Below the pieces are notes generated by a model. The model was not told the DNA's origin, made no database searches, and saw nothing but the letters and a program-made list of their open reading frames with translations. Both the position numbers and the translations under genes were made by a program. Below, in pieces: positions 28,176 through 39,083 of a stretch of 64,000 nucleotides of DNA. Numbering within the stretch: the first letter of the stretch is position 1; the number at the start of each line of letters is the position of its first letter. The stretch comes from Actinomycetes bacterium (GTDB lineage Bacteria; Actinomycetota; Acidimicrobiia; Acidimicrobiales; JAAEMS01): positions 31,662-95,661 of the forward strand of contig JAAEMS010000279.1 in assembly GCA_024225275.1 (NCBI GenBank). Reading direction: 5' to 3'.

Positions 28176-29444
28176 TCAGCTCTCAGCGCCCACCGGGGCC
28201 GAATCGGAAGCAGCCGGTTCCGGCCGGCGGGCCCAGAGGGCGAAACCCAGGCTGAGGGCTCCGTATCCGGCGTAGGCCAGGGCCAATGGGGTGACCGACC
28301 CCGCGATGCTCCGGTCCACGAGGCTGGCCAGCAGGGCCCCACCGCCCAGCGAGAGGGTGCCGATGACGGCCGACGCGGTGCCGGCCAGATCACCCATGGG
28401 TTCCATGGCCTGGGCCTGGAGGAGGGGGTTGACCAGGGTACGCAGGGAGTTGATCACGGTGAGGAGGGCAACCCAGCCGTAGAAGCCCGGCTGGCCATCG
28501 GTCTGCCATGACCACACTGCGACGGCCACGGCCAACACCAGGGTCAAGGGTAGGGTCACGACGATCACCCGGTCGGCCCCGACCCTGCGGACTTGTCTGC
28601 TCCCAAGGAAAACGACCAGCCCCATGACCAGGCTCATGCCTGCGAAATAGAAGGCGAACTGGTCGCCCCGGCCGTAGATGTCGTCGAAGAGGAGCTGGCT
28701 ACTTCCGAGGAAGGCAGCGAAAGACCCGAAGTCGAACATGACCGCCAACGCCGAGCCGATCGTCAGCCGACTCGAGAACACGGCCACCACCGCGGTACGG
28801 GTGCGGTTGAGTGTCAGGGGACGGCGTCGCTCCGGCGGGAGGGATTCAGGAAGGCGGGTCAGCCACAGGATCAAGGCCACGGTGACCACCATCGGGGCGC
28901 CCATGACCCAGCGCCACGACCCGAGCGCGAGCACACCTTGACCGATCAGCGGAGCCAGGGCGGGGACGATCATGAACACCGACGCAACCACGGCCAGGAT
29001 GCGAGCCAGCTGATCTCCGCCGTACAGATCCCGGCCAATGGCGAGGCTGAGGGCCCGAGGGCCCGCGGCACCAACCCCCCAGATGAACCGGCTCACGACC
29101 AACACGCCGAAGGTCGGGGCGAGCGCCGAGCCGAGAGCGCCCAGGGTGTAGAGGCCGAGACCGGCGTACAGCACCGGCTTGCGTCCGAATCGGTCGGCGA
29201 ACGGGCCGTACACCAGCTGAGCGCTGGCCAGGCCGAGGAGATAGAGGGTCACGGTCAACGCGATCCGAGGCGATTCCGGATCGAGACCCAGACCGATCCG
29301 GAGATCGGTGAAGGCGGGGAGAGCCATGTCGATCCCCAGCGCGGTGGTGGCGCTGATCGCCGCCAGCATGCCGATCAGTTCCCGCTCGCCCACTCGACGG
29401 GCGCCGGAACCGGCAGCCGGGACTGTCGAAGCAGGTTCGGTCAT
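28176..29444 (-). CDS. MFS efflux transporter, Bcr/CflA family
   Basis: IDMALPA, GPFADRFGRKPV, about 12 TM segments. Confidence 0.88.
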   Translation of the reverse strand: MTEPASTVPAAGSGARRVGERELIGMLAAISATTALGIDMALPAFTDLRIGLGLDPESPRIALTVTLYLLGLASAQLVYGPFADRFGRKPVLYAGLGLYTLGALGSALAPTFGVLVVSRFIWGVGAAGPRALSLAIGRDLYGGDQLARILAVVASVFMIVPALAPLIGQGVLALGSWRWVMGAPMVVTVALILWLTRLPESLPPERRRPLTLNRTRTAVVAVFSSRLTIGSALAVMFDFGSFAAFLGSSQLLFDDIYGRGDQFAFYFAGMSLVMGLVVFLGSRQVRRVGADRVIVVTLPLTLVLAVAVAVWSWQTDGQPGFYGWVALLTVINSLRTLVNPLLQAQAMEPMGDLAGTASAVIGTLSLGGGALLASLVDRSIAGSVTPLALAYAGYGALSLGFALWARRPEPAASDSAPVGAES

Positions 29445-29584
29445 GGACCAAGACGCTATCGACGGGGCCCGACACTACCCAGGCGAGGTCTACCCTTCCG
29501 ATGTCCAACCCCGTTTCGCTCCCGGTCGAGGTGAGGGGGGAAGTCGGTCGGCCAAGCCCAGAATCGAGTACGTGGTGGAGTCGA

Positions 29585-30796
29585 TCAGCGAGGTGGGCTG
29601 ACGAGATCGGCATCGATGTCGGCGATGGTGGTGCACCCCGACAAGACCATGGTCTGGCGCAGGCCGGAGACGAGATGGTCCAGCACCCAGTCGACCCCCC
29701 TCTCACCGCCTGCTCCCAGCGCGTAGAGGTAGGCCCGGCCGATCATCACCGCGTCAGCCCCCAGGGCCAGAGCTTTGAAGATGTCGCTCCCCCGGCGCAC
29801 CCCGCCATCACAGATGATGGCCATCCGGTCACCCACCGCTTCGGCCACCGGACCAACCAGCTCTATGGGCGTGGGTGCGTTGTCGAGCTGACGACCCCCG
29901 TGGTTCGACAAGGCGATCCCGTCGACCCCGTTCTCGGCCGCGATCACCGCGTCGTCCACCCCTTGGACACCTTTGAGCACGACCTCACCCGGCCAGATGC
30001 TGCGGAACCACTCGATGTCGGCCCACGAGAGGCCGGGGTCGAACTGACTGTTGATGTACTGCGCCAGGTTGACGGCGGTACCGCTGCCGTCGGCGTCGGC
30101 ACTGGTGACGTTCGAGAAGGTGATGGGCTCGGACCGGAGAAAGTCGAGGGTCCAGCTCGGATGGAGGGCACCATCGATCAGGGTCTCCGGTCCGATCTTC
30201 GGGGGAAGGGTGAAGCCCCGGCGGACATCACGCTCACGACGGCCGAGCACCGCGGTGTCGACGGTGATCACGATTGTGGTGTTGCCGGCCTCGTGGGCCC
30301 GATCGATCAGCTCCTTGACCATGCCCCGGTCGCGCCAGACATAGACCTGCATCCACTTCTCACCACTGCTGACCTCGGCGACCTCCTCGATCGAGCGGGT
30401 CCCCATGGTGGACAGGGTGTACGGCACCCCGGCCCGCTGGGCGGCGCGGGCCACGGCCAACTCGCCCTGGGGATCGGCGATACGGCCGAATCCGGTTGGG
30501 GCCATGACGAGAGGGAACGAGTGGGAACGGCCGAACAGGTCGGTGGTCGTGTCGATCTCGCCGACATCGCGCAGGACGCGGGGCCGGAGCTCGATGTCGG
30601 CGAACGCTCCCAAGTTGCGACCGAGGGTGATCTCGTCCTCGGCCCCGCCGTCGATGTAGTCGAAGACCCCACCGGGCAGCCGCCGTTTGGCGATACGACG
30701 GAGGTCGGCGACGCTCGCCACCCGGGCCAGCCGACGCTCGACCGGGTCGAGCTCGAGCTCACGGAACTGGATGACCGAACGCAGGGAATCGAGCAT
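29585..30796 (-). CDS. lldD: FMN-dependent alpha-hydroxy acid dehydrogenase (LldD-like)
   Basis: FDYIDGGAEDE, SNHGGRQLD, DGGVRRGSD. Confidence 0.85.
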   Translation of the reverse strand: MLDSLRSVIQFRELELDPVERRLARVASVADLRRIAKRRLPGGVFDYIDGGAEDEITLGRNLGAFADIELRPRVLRDVGEIDTTTDLFGRSHSFPLVMAPTGFGRIADPQGELAVARAAQRAGVPYTLSTMGTRSIEEVAEVSSGEKWMQVYVWRDRGMVKELIDRAHEAGNTTIVITVDTAVLGRRERDVRRGFTLPPKIGPETLIDGALHPSWTLDFLRSEPITFSNVTSADADGSGTAVNLAQYINSQFDPGLSWADIEWFRSIWPGEVVLKGVQGVDDAVIAAENGVDGIALSNHGGRQLDNAPTPIELVGPVAEAVGDRMAIICDGGVRRGSDIFKALALGADAVMIGRAYLYALGAGGERGVDWVLDHLVSGLRQTMVLSGCTTIADIDADLVSPPR

Positions 30797-30805
30797 GACG
30801 AGACG

Positions 30806-32068
30806 TTACCTCTGGTCGATGACCCGCTTCGCCTTGGCCCCGAACCGCTCGAGCATTCCAGCACCAACGGCCTCCATGACCGGGCGGACCTGGGTCCGGT
30901 GGCGGATCTCGGAGCCGAGCTCCTTCAGCTGGTCACGATCGTCGAGCTCGACCTGGATGGTCATGATGTCGTTGCCGCCCACCTCGCGGGTGAGTACGAT
31001 CCTCCACTCGGCACCGGTCGGTAGGGCCTTGACCACCAGATCCTCGACCGCACTGGGATAGACCAGAGCACCCCTCACCTTGACGGCGTCATCGATGCGA
31101 CCCAGGAGAGGCTGTGCGAGTGGGAGCCCGCTGATCCCACGCTCGCCGACGATGGCCGAGGTGAGGTCGCGGGTTCGGTATCGGATCAGGGGCGAGCCGG
31201 TGCGGTAGGGGGTGGTGAGGGTCATCTCACCGAGCTCGCCCGGCTCGACCGGCTCATCGGCATCGGGCTTCAGCAGCTCGACCACGAAGTAGTCGGTATT
31301 CACGTTGAGGGCAGTGGTGATCCGGGTGGTGGGATCACCAAAGGCGAGGATGGGCCCGGCGGTCTCGGTTGACCCGTACATGTCCTGCCAGCGGAAGTGG
31401 TCGGGCAGACTGGCGACCACTTGACGCCTGAGCTCGGTGCTGGACCCCTCCCCACCCAGGAGACCCATTCGCAGAGGTAGAGAGGACAGGTCGATGCCCG
31501 CCCCCTCAGCGGTCTCGACGAGCACTCGCATGAACGACGGAGTAGCGGAGATCAGGGTGATAGGGAGGTCCTGAAGCCAGGTGATCACCTGCTCAGCGTT
31601 GGTCGGCCCAACCGGTACGATTCCGGCCCCGGCCGCGTGGGCGAGCTCGTTCAACGACGGATGGCCGATCCAGAGACCCGCACCGTGGGTGTTCATCAGC
31701 ACATCGTCGGGGGTCACTCCCAGGGCTTCGGCAATGTGGGTGTACTGCTGACCGATCGCCTCCCAGTCGGCGTAGCTGTAGCCGATGAAGAGCCGTGGCC
31801 CGGTGGTTCCCGAGGTGGCCGACACCCAGGCCATGTCGGACAGAGGCCGGCCACTGAGTGGAAGGGGTCCGAATCCGGTGAGGTCGCCCTTGGTGCAGGT
31901 GGGTTGGTCGGCCAGGGCAGTCGAGGTGATTCCGGAATGAAGGTCGGCGTAGAACGGCACCTCGCGGCGGGCACGGACAATGAGCTCCTCGACCGCCGCC
32001 TCGTGGCGGCCGAGCTCACCGATGGCTGGCGTGTTGTCGGGCATGGTCCCGGACGGTAGTCCCTTCAT
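30806..32068 (-). CDS. Phenylacetate-CoA ligase family protein
   Basis: TSGTTG, YGSTE, LIRYRTRD, GRIDD; start uncertain. Confidence 0.82.
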   Translation of the reverse strand: MKGLPSGTMPDNTPAIGELGRHEAAVEELIVRARREVPFYADLHSGITSTALADQPTCTKGDLTGFGPLPLSGRPLSDMAWVSATSGTTGPRLFIGYSYADWEAIGQQYTHIAEALGVTPDDVLMNTHGAGLWIGHPSLNELAHAAGAGIVPVGPTNAEQVITWLQDLPITLISATPSFMRVLVETAEGAGIDLSSLPLRMGLLGGEGSSTELRRQVVASLPDHFRWQDMYGSTETAGPILAFGDPTTRITTALNVNTDYFVVELLKPDADEPVEPGELGEMTLTTPYRTGSPLIRYRTRDLTSAIVGERGISGLPLAQPLLGRIDDAVKVRGALVYPSAVEDLVVKALPTGAEWRIVLTREVGGNDIMTIQVELDDRDQLKELGSEIRHRTQVRPVMEAVGAGMLERFGAKAKRVIDQR

Positions 32069-32151
32069 GCTGAGCACATTGACCCCTACGTCTCAGTGCC
32101 CTCTCGACCGCCGCCGACGCTTCCGGCAACGAACCGGGACCAGCGGACAAC

Positions 32152-35100
32152 ATGAAGCGACAGAAACTCATCGGGTGGATCTGCGGTGCGTCCTTGTCCA
32201 TGGCGTCGTGTGCAACCGTTGGGCTCGAGCAGGCCGCTCCCGCCGGGCCCCAGTTCCCCCTCTCCGAGGCCCCGACCTGGGCCGACGTGTCCGATGATGG
32301 TTTCAACCGACTGGTCATCGACTTCCGGCCCGAGGCCGCCACCAGCCGCGCCACCACCGTCGACCCAGGGGTGACGAGCCCGGCGGCTGGGCAGCCAGTC
32401 GGTGACCGCGCCCATCTGTACAACGACGAGAACGGCGACCACTGGGCCCTGCTCCAGTCCGGCGACCGGGTGCGGGTCGAGTTGGGGCCTGACGGCCTGG
32501 TCTTCACCGACCATGTGGCCCCGGCCCCCGAGCCGCTCACCGGGGCGACTCTCCCCGCGGGTTCGCCCGCCGCGGTTGCCGCCCTCGAGGCCGACCCCCG
32601 TATCGACCGACTGACCGACCTCGGCGACGGCACCTGGGCCGTGGTGACCACCATGACCGCCGACGAGCTCACCACCCTCACCGGTCAGGCCGTGAGCTCC
32701 GACGCCCTCATGGCTTTGAGCACCGACGACCCGTACTACGACCAGCAGTGGAGTCTCGAGAACGTCGGCAACGAGGGTGGCGTACCCGACGCCGATGTCG
32801 ACTTCGAGGGAAGCTATCGGGCCACCGACGCCAACGACGTGGTCGTGGCCGTCATCGACACCGGAGTCGACTTCAGCCACCCCGACCTGCTTCCCAGCCG
32901 TTGGCAGAACCCGGGTGAGACCAACTGCAGCGACGGCCTCGACGACGACAACAACGGCTACGCCGACGACTGCCATGGCTGGGACTTCGCCGATGGTGAT
33001 CCCACCGGCTACGACCCATCGACCCACTGGCACGGCACCCACATCGCCGGCACGATCGCCGCGGCGGCCGACAACGGGGTGGGTATCACCGGTCTCTCTC
33101 CCGGGGCCCAGATCATGGACCTCCGGGTCGTCGGGAACTCGGGTACCAGTGCTTCGATCGTGGCCGCCGCCATCCGCTACGCCGTCGACAACGGCGCTCA
33201 GGTGGTGAACCTCAGCCTGGGCACCCGGCCCGGCGCAGTTCCGGCCTCAGCGGTGGCTCCGCTGGCCGATGCGATCGAGTACGCCAACCTCAACGATGTC
33301 GTGGTCGTGGCGGCCGCCGGCAACGACTCGACCAATATCGACAACTCACCGGTGTGGCCAGCCTCACTGCCCCACGCCAACCTCGTGACCGTGGGCTCCA
33401 GCACCTGGTATGACTCCATCTCGAGCTTCTCGAACACGGGGGCCGTCGCCGTCGACCTGTTCGCACCCGGCTCCCGGATCCTGGCCACCGATGGTGGTGG
33501 GGGCTACCGGATCGCTGATGGCACCTCGATGGCCGCCCCCCACGTTGCCGCCGCGGCCGCCCTGATCCTGGCCGCCGAACCCGGCATCGATGCTCGTGGG
33601 GTTCGCGACCGGCTGATGGTCACCGCCGACGCGGGAAGCGGGTTCACCAGCGCAGCAGTCAGCGGCGCCCGCCTCAACGCCTCGAACGCGGCTTGGGGCG
33701 GCGCCGTTCCGGCCAGCTCTCTGAGCTTCGCAGGTTTCTCCGACCTGAGTCCCGATCAGGCCTTCACCGGCACCATCTCGGTCGACATCGTCCAGCCCGA
33801 GGCCTTCGGCGCCATCGATGTCGTGTGGGAAGCCACCCTGCTGACCCGGATCGACGGTGAAACGCTGGGTGTGATGGGACACCCCGTCACCACCAGCACC
33901 GGCCCCACCACATCCTCGCCCGCAACCGCATCGTTCGCCCTGTCGGGGATAGTCAGCCCTGGCTCCGGAGCGGCCGACTACACGTTGGGGACGACCCTGC
34001 CCGAGGGTGACTACGCCCTGGTGGTCCAAGCCGTCCCGACCGGCCATCCCGGCCTGATCATCGGCGAACCCCAGGTCTTGTTCTTCGCGGTAGGCGACCC
34101 CACCCCACCTCCTCCCTCGATACCCGAGACCACCACGACCACGACCACGACTCCGACCACGAGCGGCGACGGAACCGGTAGGGGTGGGGCGGGCGAGCCC
34201 GAGAGCGGAGCAACCTCGACCACGACCCTGGCTGGCGGCGGGGAACCGGACGACAGCGGAGACGGACCGGGCGCTACCGGCACGACCACCACGACGACCC
34301 CACCGGCCGGCGGAACGACCGAGCCCGGGGGCACCACCACGACGACCACCACGACCACCGCTTCCGGAGGAGGCTCGGAGGGCGGCACCGGGTCCACCGG
34401 CGACACGACGCCGACCACGGGGGCCAGTGGCTCCGTGGGCTCCGGCAGGGGGGGCTCTACTACGACCTCACCCAGCAGGGGAGGCGACACGACCACGACC
34501 ACGACCCAGTTCGGTCAGTGGCGAATCGATGCACTGAACCCGGGCACCGGGCCTCTCGAAGGCGGCAACTACACCACGATCGACGGCAGCTTCCCCCAGC
34601 CTCCCTTCGTCTGGATCGGCGAGCAGCTGGCCAACGTCCTGGTGGTGGGCAACGACGAGCTCCTGGTGTTGGTCCCGAGCCATAGTGAGCCAGGACCAGT
34701 CGACGTGACCCTCCGCACCACCGATGCCGGTGAGGTCCTACGGGCCATCGACGCGTACACCTACGTCGGGGTGACCAACACCACACAACCCCCTTCCAGC
34801 GATTCCTCCACCACGACCGTCCCCTCCGACCGAGGAGATGGCGGTGCCTCAACGTCTACGACGACTGGGCCAGCCGGCAGCGGCGCCGATGAGACTGACC
34901 GTGGCAGTGGTGGCCCCGATGACGTCGGTACCCCCCTGCCGGTCGAGGACCCAACCCCCGAACCGCCTCCCGGGAGCGGGGGCGCGACAGACGGAGACTC
35001 GATCCCGACCACCACGACCCCGGCTGGCGGTGGTGGCACAACCCTGATCGCCCCCGGAGCTCGCAACCGACTCCATATGGGCTTCGGTGAAACACAGACG

Positions 35101-35217
35101 GTGGGTTCACTCTCGCTGGCCCCGGTCAGTGGCGGCGACCCCTTCGCAGCATCGAACGGCCCCACCTGGTCCGACGCCCGATGCACCACCGATCCCTGCC
35201 GGCCTCGAGCGGTCTGA
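32152..35217 (+). CDS. S8 subtilase lipoprotein with Thr/Gly-rich linkers and IPT/TIG domain
   Basis: MASC lipobox-like; VIDTG, HGTHIAG, AAGN, GTSMAAPH. Confidence 0.88.
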   Translation: MKRQKLIGWICGASLSMASCATVGLEQAAPAGPQFPLSEAPTWADVSDDGFNRLVIDFRPEAATSRATTVDPGVTSPAAGQPVGDRAHLYNDENGDHWALLQSGDRVRVELGPDGLVFTDHVAPAPEPLTGATLPAGSPAAVAALEADPRIDRLTDLGDGTWAVVTTMTADELTTLTGQAVSSDALMALSTDDPYYDQQWSLENVGNEGGVPDADVDFEGSYRATDANDVVVAVIDTGVDFSHPDLLPSRWQNPGETNCSDGLDDDNNGYADDCHGWDFADGDPTGYDPSTHWHGTHIAGTIAAAADNGVGITGLSPGAQIMDLRVVGNSGTSASIVAAAIRYAVDNGAQVVNLSLGTRPGAVPASAVAPLADAIEYANLNDVVVVAAAGNDSTNIDNSPVWPASLPHANLVTVGSSTWYDSISSFSNTGAVAVDLFAPGSRILATDGGGGYRIADGTSMAAPHVAAAAALILAAEPGIDARGVRDRLMVTADAGSGFTSAAVSGARLNASNAAWGGAVPASSLSFAGFSDLSPDQAFTGTISVDIVQPEAFGAIDVVWEATLLTRIDGETLGVMGHPVTTSTGPTTSSPATASFALSGIVSPGSGAADYTLGTTLPEGDYALVVQAVPTGHPGLIIGEPQVLFFAVGDPTPPPPSIPETTTTTTTTPTTSGDGTGRGGAGEPESGATSTTTLAGGGEPDDSGDGPGATGTTTTTTPPAGGTTEPGGTTTTTTTTTASGGGSEGGTGSTGDTTPTTGASGSVGSGRGGSTTTSPSRGGDTTTTTTQFGQWRIDALNPGTGPLEGGNYTTIDGSFPQPPFVWIGEQLANVLVVGNDELLVLVPSHSEPGPVDVTLRTTDAGEVLRAIDAYTYVGVTNTTQPPSSDSSTTTVPSDRGDGGASTSTTTGPAGSGADETDRGSGGPDDVGTPLPVEDPTPEPPPGSGGATDGDSIPTTTTPAGGGGTTLIAPGARNRLHMGFGETQTVGSLSLAPVSGGDPFAASNGPTWSDARCTTDPCRPRAV

Positions 35218-35363
35218 GCTGACGCCGAAGGTCCCGGCTGCCGGTCCCGATCATGTGGGCCATCGGGCCCCGACACCGTTCTGTGGGCCCGATTGCGGCC
35301 GAGGCTGGGCCGAGGTAGAGCCCCGGGGAACCCCCCGCGGCTCCGGGAACACTCGGCGGCACC

Positions 35364-38093
35364 ATGTCTGGACGGACAACGATCGGCTTGCTCGTGGCAG
35401 CCTCATTCCTCATCGCGTCCTGTGGCGGAGGAGGGGTCGAGGAGACGGCATCCGGACCCATATTCCCCCGCTCTGATGCCCCCACGTGGGCCGACGTCGA
35501 GAGTGACGGTTTCCATCATCTGGTCATCGATCTCACCGCGGTAATGCCGTCTGACCCCGTCGAGGCCGAGACACCAACCACAACAGCCACGACCACAGCC
35601 ACGACCACAACCACCGCTCACGAATCCGACGGGACGACCAGGGACGAAGGCTCCGCCGCCGTAGGCGGTGAGTTGCCTCCCCCGACCGCCACCACCCTTC
35701 TGCCGGTGGGCTCCGACGAGTCGGTCCATGTGTACAGCAACCCCGACGGCTCACTCTGGGCCCTGCTCGAATCGGGAGATCGAGTACCGGTCGCGCTGGG
35801 GCGCGACGGGCTGGTCTTCGCCCTGATCCCCGAGGACGAGCCCGCCGAAGAAGCACCCCCAGAAGACGGGGATCAGCTGGAGGCCGACCCGAACCCGGTC
35901 GCGCCCATCACGACCACCACCACTACTGAACCGCCCCCTCCGGCGCCGCCACCCGAACCGGAGATCGTGCTCGAATTGCGCAATGACCCTGACGTGAGGT
36001 CGATCGTGGCCCTGGGCGACGGAACCTGGTCGGTCGTCACCAGCTTGACCGCCGACCAGCTCGAGGCCCGCACCGACCAGCCCGTCCGCACCGATGCACT
36101 GCTGGCCCTGGCTACCGAGGACCGTCACTACGACGAGCAGTGGTCGCTGGCCAATCCGGGAACCGATGGCATCGAGGGTGTCGACATCGGGTACGAGGGT
36201 GCTCGAGAGCTCGGCGACGGCACGGGCATCGTGGTCGCGGTCATCGACTCCGGGATCGACTTCAGCCACCCCGATCTCCTTCCCGCCCGGTGGACCAACG
36301 AGGACGAGACCAGTTGCACCAACGGGCTCGACGACGACAACAACGGGTTCGCCGACGACTGCCACGGTTGGGACTTCGTGCAGGGCGATCCCACCGGCTA
36401 TGACCTCAACGCCCACTGGCACGGCACCCACGTCGCCGGCATCATCGCTGCCGCGGCCGGCAATGACACAGGCATCGCCGGCGTCGCGCCCGGTGCCCAG
36501 ATCATGGATCTCCGGGTCGTGGACACCACGACAACCGGGGTCGCGACCGTGGCGGCCGCCATCCGCTACGCGGTCGACAACGGCGCCGACGTCATCAACA
36601 CCAGCCTCGCGAGCCCACCCGGGGGCGTCACCTCCGAGGATGTCGCCGAGCTGGCTGCGGCTCTCGATCATGCCCTCGATCACGATGTGCTGGTGGTGGC
36701 CGCCGCCGGCAATGACGCCACCAACATCGACCACAGCCCGGTCTGGCCCGCGTCGTTCCCCCACCCCAACCTGGTGACGGTGGCCGCCAGCACCTGGTTT
36801 GACTCCGGGGCCTCGTTCTCCAACCGCGGCCCCACCTCGGTAGACCTGTTCGCCCCCGGCTCCGAGGTGCTGTCGACCTCCCCCCGGGGCCGATACCGCC
36901 GGGCCGACGGGACCTCGGTTGCGGCCCCCCATGTGGCGGGAACCGCGGCCCTGGTTCGGGGAGCGGCGCCGACCCTCGACGCCATTGGGGTCAGAGACCG
37001 ACTCCTCGCCACGGTCGACCCGGGCAGCGGCTTCACCCGCGGCTCGCTCACCGGGGGACGACTCAACGCGGCCCAAGCAATGGCGGGAGGGCCCGGACCG
37101 CGGCTGACATTCACCTTCAGCGGGCTCGCGAGCCTGACCGCCGGAGACGAGGGGGCGGCGACCATCACCGCGACGGTCGATGAGAACACCGAGCTCGAGG
37201 GCTATGAGCTGGGATGGACGGCCACCCTGGTCACCCGCGTCGAGGGGACGACCTACGTGGTGGTCGACCACCCGGTTGGCACCGGGGCGGGGCCCAGCCG
37301 ATCGGGCGACGACGGCCGCATCGTGCTGTCAGCTCCCTCTCCGGTGCCGACGGCCCCCGTCGAGCTGAGCCTGTCCACCCAACTCCCGGCCGGCGACTAC
37401 GCGCTCATCATGGAGACCACCCTCGGGGGACACCCTGGCCTTCTCGTCGGTTCCCCCCGGGTGGAGTTGTTCACCATCGCCCCCGGCACCGGCACGACCC
37501 CATCCACCACGACGCCGATTCCCACCGGCACGACCCCAGAACCCGAGCCGGACCAGGCTTCACCCGACCCCGACCGGCCCATTGATCCCCCACCGGCGGA
37601 ACCGGTTCCCGACCCGAAGCCGGAGGCGGTCAGCTTCCCCATCGAGAATGGTGAATGGCGGATCGACTCCCTCAGCCCGGCCGTCGGTTCGGTGGGGGGC
37701 GGTGGCCACGTCACGATCGCCGGCCACTTCCCGGACACGACGTTCGTGTGGATCGGTGACACCCCGGTGAACGTGCTGGCCGTGAGCAATCAGCAACTCA
37801 TCGTCGACATCCCCCGCCGCCCCGAACCAGGCGTGGTCGACGTCTCCCTGCGCACATCAGCCGATGGGATCGTGCTCGAGGCGCCAGGGGTATTCACCTT
37901 CCTGGGCGAGAACGACACCGCCCTGGCTGATGACCAACCTGACCCACTTCCCACTCCGGCGACCGGCGACGGGCCCGAAGGCCAGGCCCGTCCCCTCTAC
38001 GAGCTGGGCCCGGTGGAGACCCACGGAGAGTTGACACTGGCTCCCCCCGCCCCGGGTGGCCTGGTGTGGCTCGAGCGAATCTGGGCCAACTGA
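35364..38093 (+). CDS. S8 subtilase lipoprotein, tandem paralog
   Basis: IASC lipobox-like; VIDSG, HGTHVAG, GTSVAAPH; same architecture as upstream gene. Confidence 0.88.
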   Translation: MSGRTTIGLLVAASFLIASCGGGGVEETASGPIFPRSDAPTWADVESDGFHHLVIDLTAVMPSDPVEAETPTTTATTTATTTTTAHESDGTTRDEGSAAVGGELPPPTATTLLPVGSDESVHVYSNPDGSLWALLESGDRVPVALGRDGLVFALIPEDEPAEEAPPEDGDQLEADPNPVAPITTTTTTEPPPPAPPPEPEIVLELRNDPDVRSIVALGDGTWSVVTSLTADQLEARTDQPVRTDALLALATEDRHYDEQWSLANPGTDGIEGVDIGYEGARELGDGTGIVVAVIDSGIDFSHPDLLPARWTNEDETSCTNGLDDDNNGFADDCHGWDFVQGDPTGYDLNAHWHGTHVAGIIAAAAGNDTGIAGVAPGAQIMDLRVVDTTTTGVATVAAAIRYAVDNGADVINTSLASPPGGVTSEDVAELAAALDHALDHDVLVVAAAGNDATNIDHSPVWPASFPHPNLVTVAASTWFDSGASFSNRGPTSVDLFAPGSEVLSTSPRGRYRRADGTSVAAPHVAGTAALVRGAAPTLDAIGVRDRLLATVDPGSGFTRGSLTGGRLNAAQAMAGGPGPRLTFTFSGLASLTAGDEGAATITATVDENTELEGYELGWTATLVTRVEGTTYVVVDHPVGTGAGPSRSGDDGRIVLSAPSPVPTAPVELSLSTQLPAGDYALIMETTLGGHPGLLVGSPRVELFTIAPGTGTTPSTTTPIPTGTTPEPEPDQASPDPDRPIDPPPAEPVPDPKPEAVSFPIENGEWRIDSLSPAVGSVGGGGHVTIAGHFPDTTFVWIGDTPVNVLAVSNQQLIVDIPRRPEPGVVDVSLRTSADGIVLEAPGVFTFLGENDTALADDQPDPLPTPATGDGPEGQARPLYELGPVETHGELTLAPPAPGGLVWLERIWAN

Positions 38094-38154
38094 GCTGGGA
38101 ACCACCCAGTCCACGCCGGGTGCCTTCTCGAAGCCGCTGGCCAACTGCCAGCCT

Positions 38155-39027
38155 TCAGAACCGGTCCATGATCGTGGAGCGGAAGCCCTCGATCTTGGCT
38201 TTGGCGGCCCCCACGTCGGTGAGTAGGTCCGGGAGCATGAGGGGGCACATGATCCGCTCGGCTCCCAGTTCGGCGAAGCGTTCCGCCTCAGCCATTCCGA
38301 AGGCGCTGCCGGCGGTGATCTCAACGGAGGACGGGTCGCGACCGACCTCCTCAGCCGCCCGGTTGAGCTCAGCCAGCAGGGGAGGGAGGGTGTCGGGGGT
38401 GGCCCGGGCCGGGAAGAACCCGTCCCCCAGGCGACCGGCCCGCCGGGCGGCCGCGGGTGAATGACCACCGATGTGGATGGGCACGCCGTTGGGCTGGGCC
38501 GGCTTCGGGAACATGAGGGCCCGATCGAGACTGGTGAATTGACCGTCGAACGAGGCCTCGTCGTCGCGCCAGAGAACGCGCAGGACCTCGATGGCTTCGT
38601 CGGTGCGGGCGGCCCTCTCACCGAAGGGCACACCGATGGCCTCGAACTCCTCCCTCAACCACCCGACCCCGACACCGAACAGGACCCGGCCGTCGGACAT
38701 GGCGTCGAGGGTGGCCAGCTCCTTGGCCAGGACCACCGGGTTGCGCTGGGGCAGTATCACGATGGCCGTGCCCAGCTTGATGCGCTCGGTGGCCCCCGCC
38801 ACCACCCCCATCCACATGAGGGGGTCGGGGTAGTCGAGGGTCTCCGGCCAACCGAAGCGACCATCGTCGGAGTACGGGTAGGCCGACTGGTAGCCGGCCG
38901 GGATCACTACGTGCTCGATGGTCCAGATCGACTCGAACCCGGCCTCCTCGGCGAACCGGGTGATCTCGAGCGAGGGAACCCGCCCGCTGAGGGGTCCGAT
39001 GTTGGCGTAGCGCAGCCCGAAGTGCAT
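38155..39027 (-). CDS. LLM class (probably F420-dependent) oxidoreductase
   Basis: ESIWTIEHVVIP, LAKELATLD, GVGWLREEF, IGGHS. Confidence 0.88.
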   Translation of the reverse strand: MHFGLRYANIGPLSGRVPSLEITRFAEEAGFESIWTIEHVVIPAGYQSAYPYSDDGRFGWPETLDYPDPLMWMGVVAGATERIKLGTAIVILPQRNPVVLAKELATLDAMSDGRVLFGVGVGWLREEFEAIGVPFGERAARTDEAIEVLRVLWRDDEASFDGQFTSLDRALMFPKPAQPNGVPIHIGGHSPAAARRAGRLGDGFFPARATPDTLPPLLAELNRAAEEVGRDPSSVEITAGSAFGMAEAERFAELGAERIMCPLMLPDLLTDVGAAKAKIEGFRSTIMDRF

Positions 39028-39083
39028 GGCAGGAACGTAGCCAATAGGTTCGGGCCGCACAGCTGAACTTGGGGGTACCAGCC

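Noticed and set aside
29585-30796. Mycofactocin mftD
   Set aside because: No other mft genes nearby; the N-terminus looks like an LldD-type lactate dehydrogenase
34130-34510. ACC/ACG-rich repeats as DNA-level elements (also 20170-20300)
   Set aside because: They encode in-frame poly-Thr linkers with mixed codons
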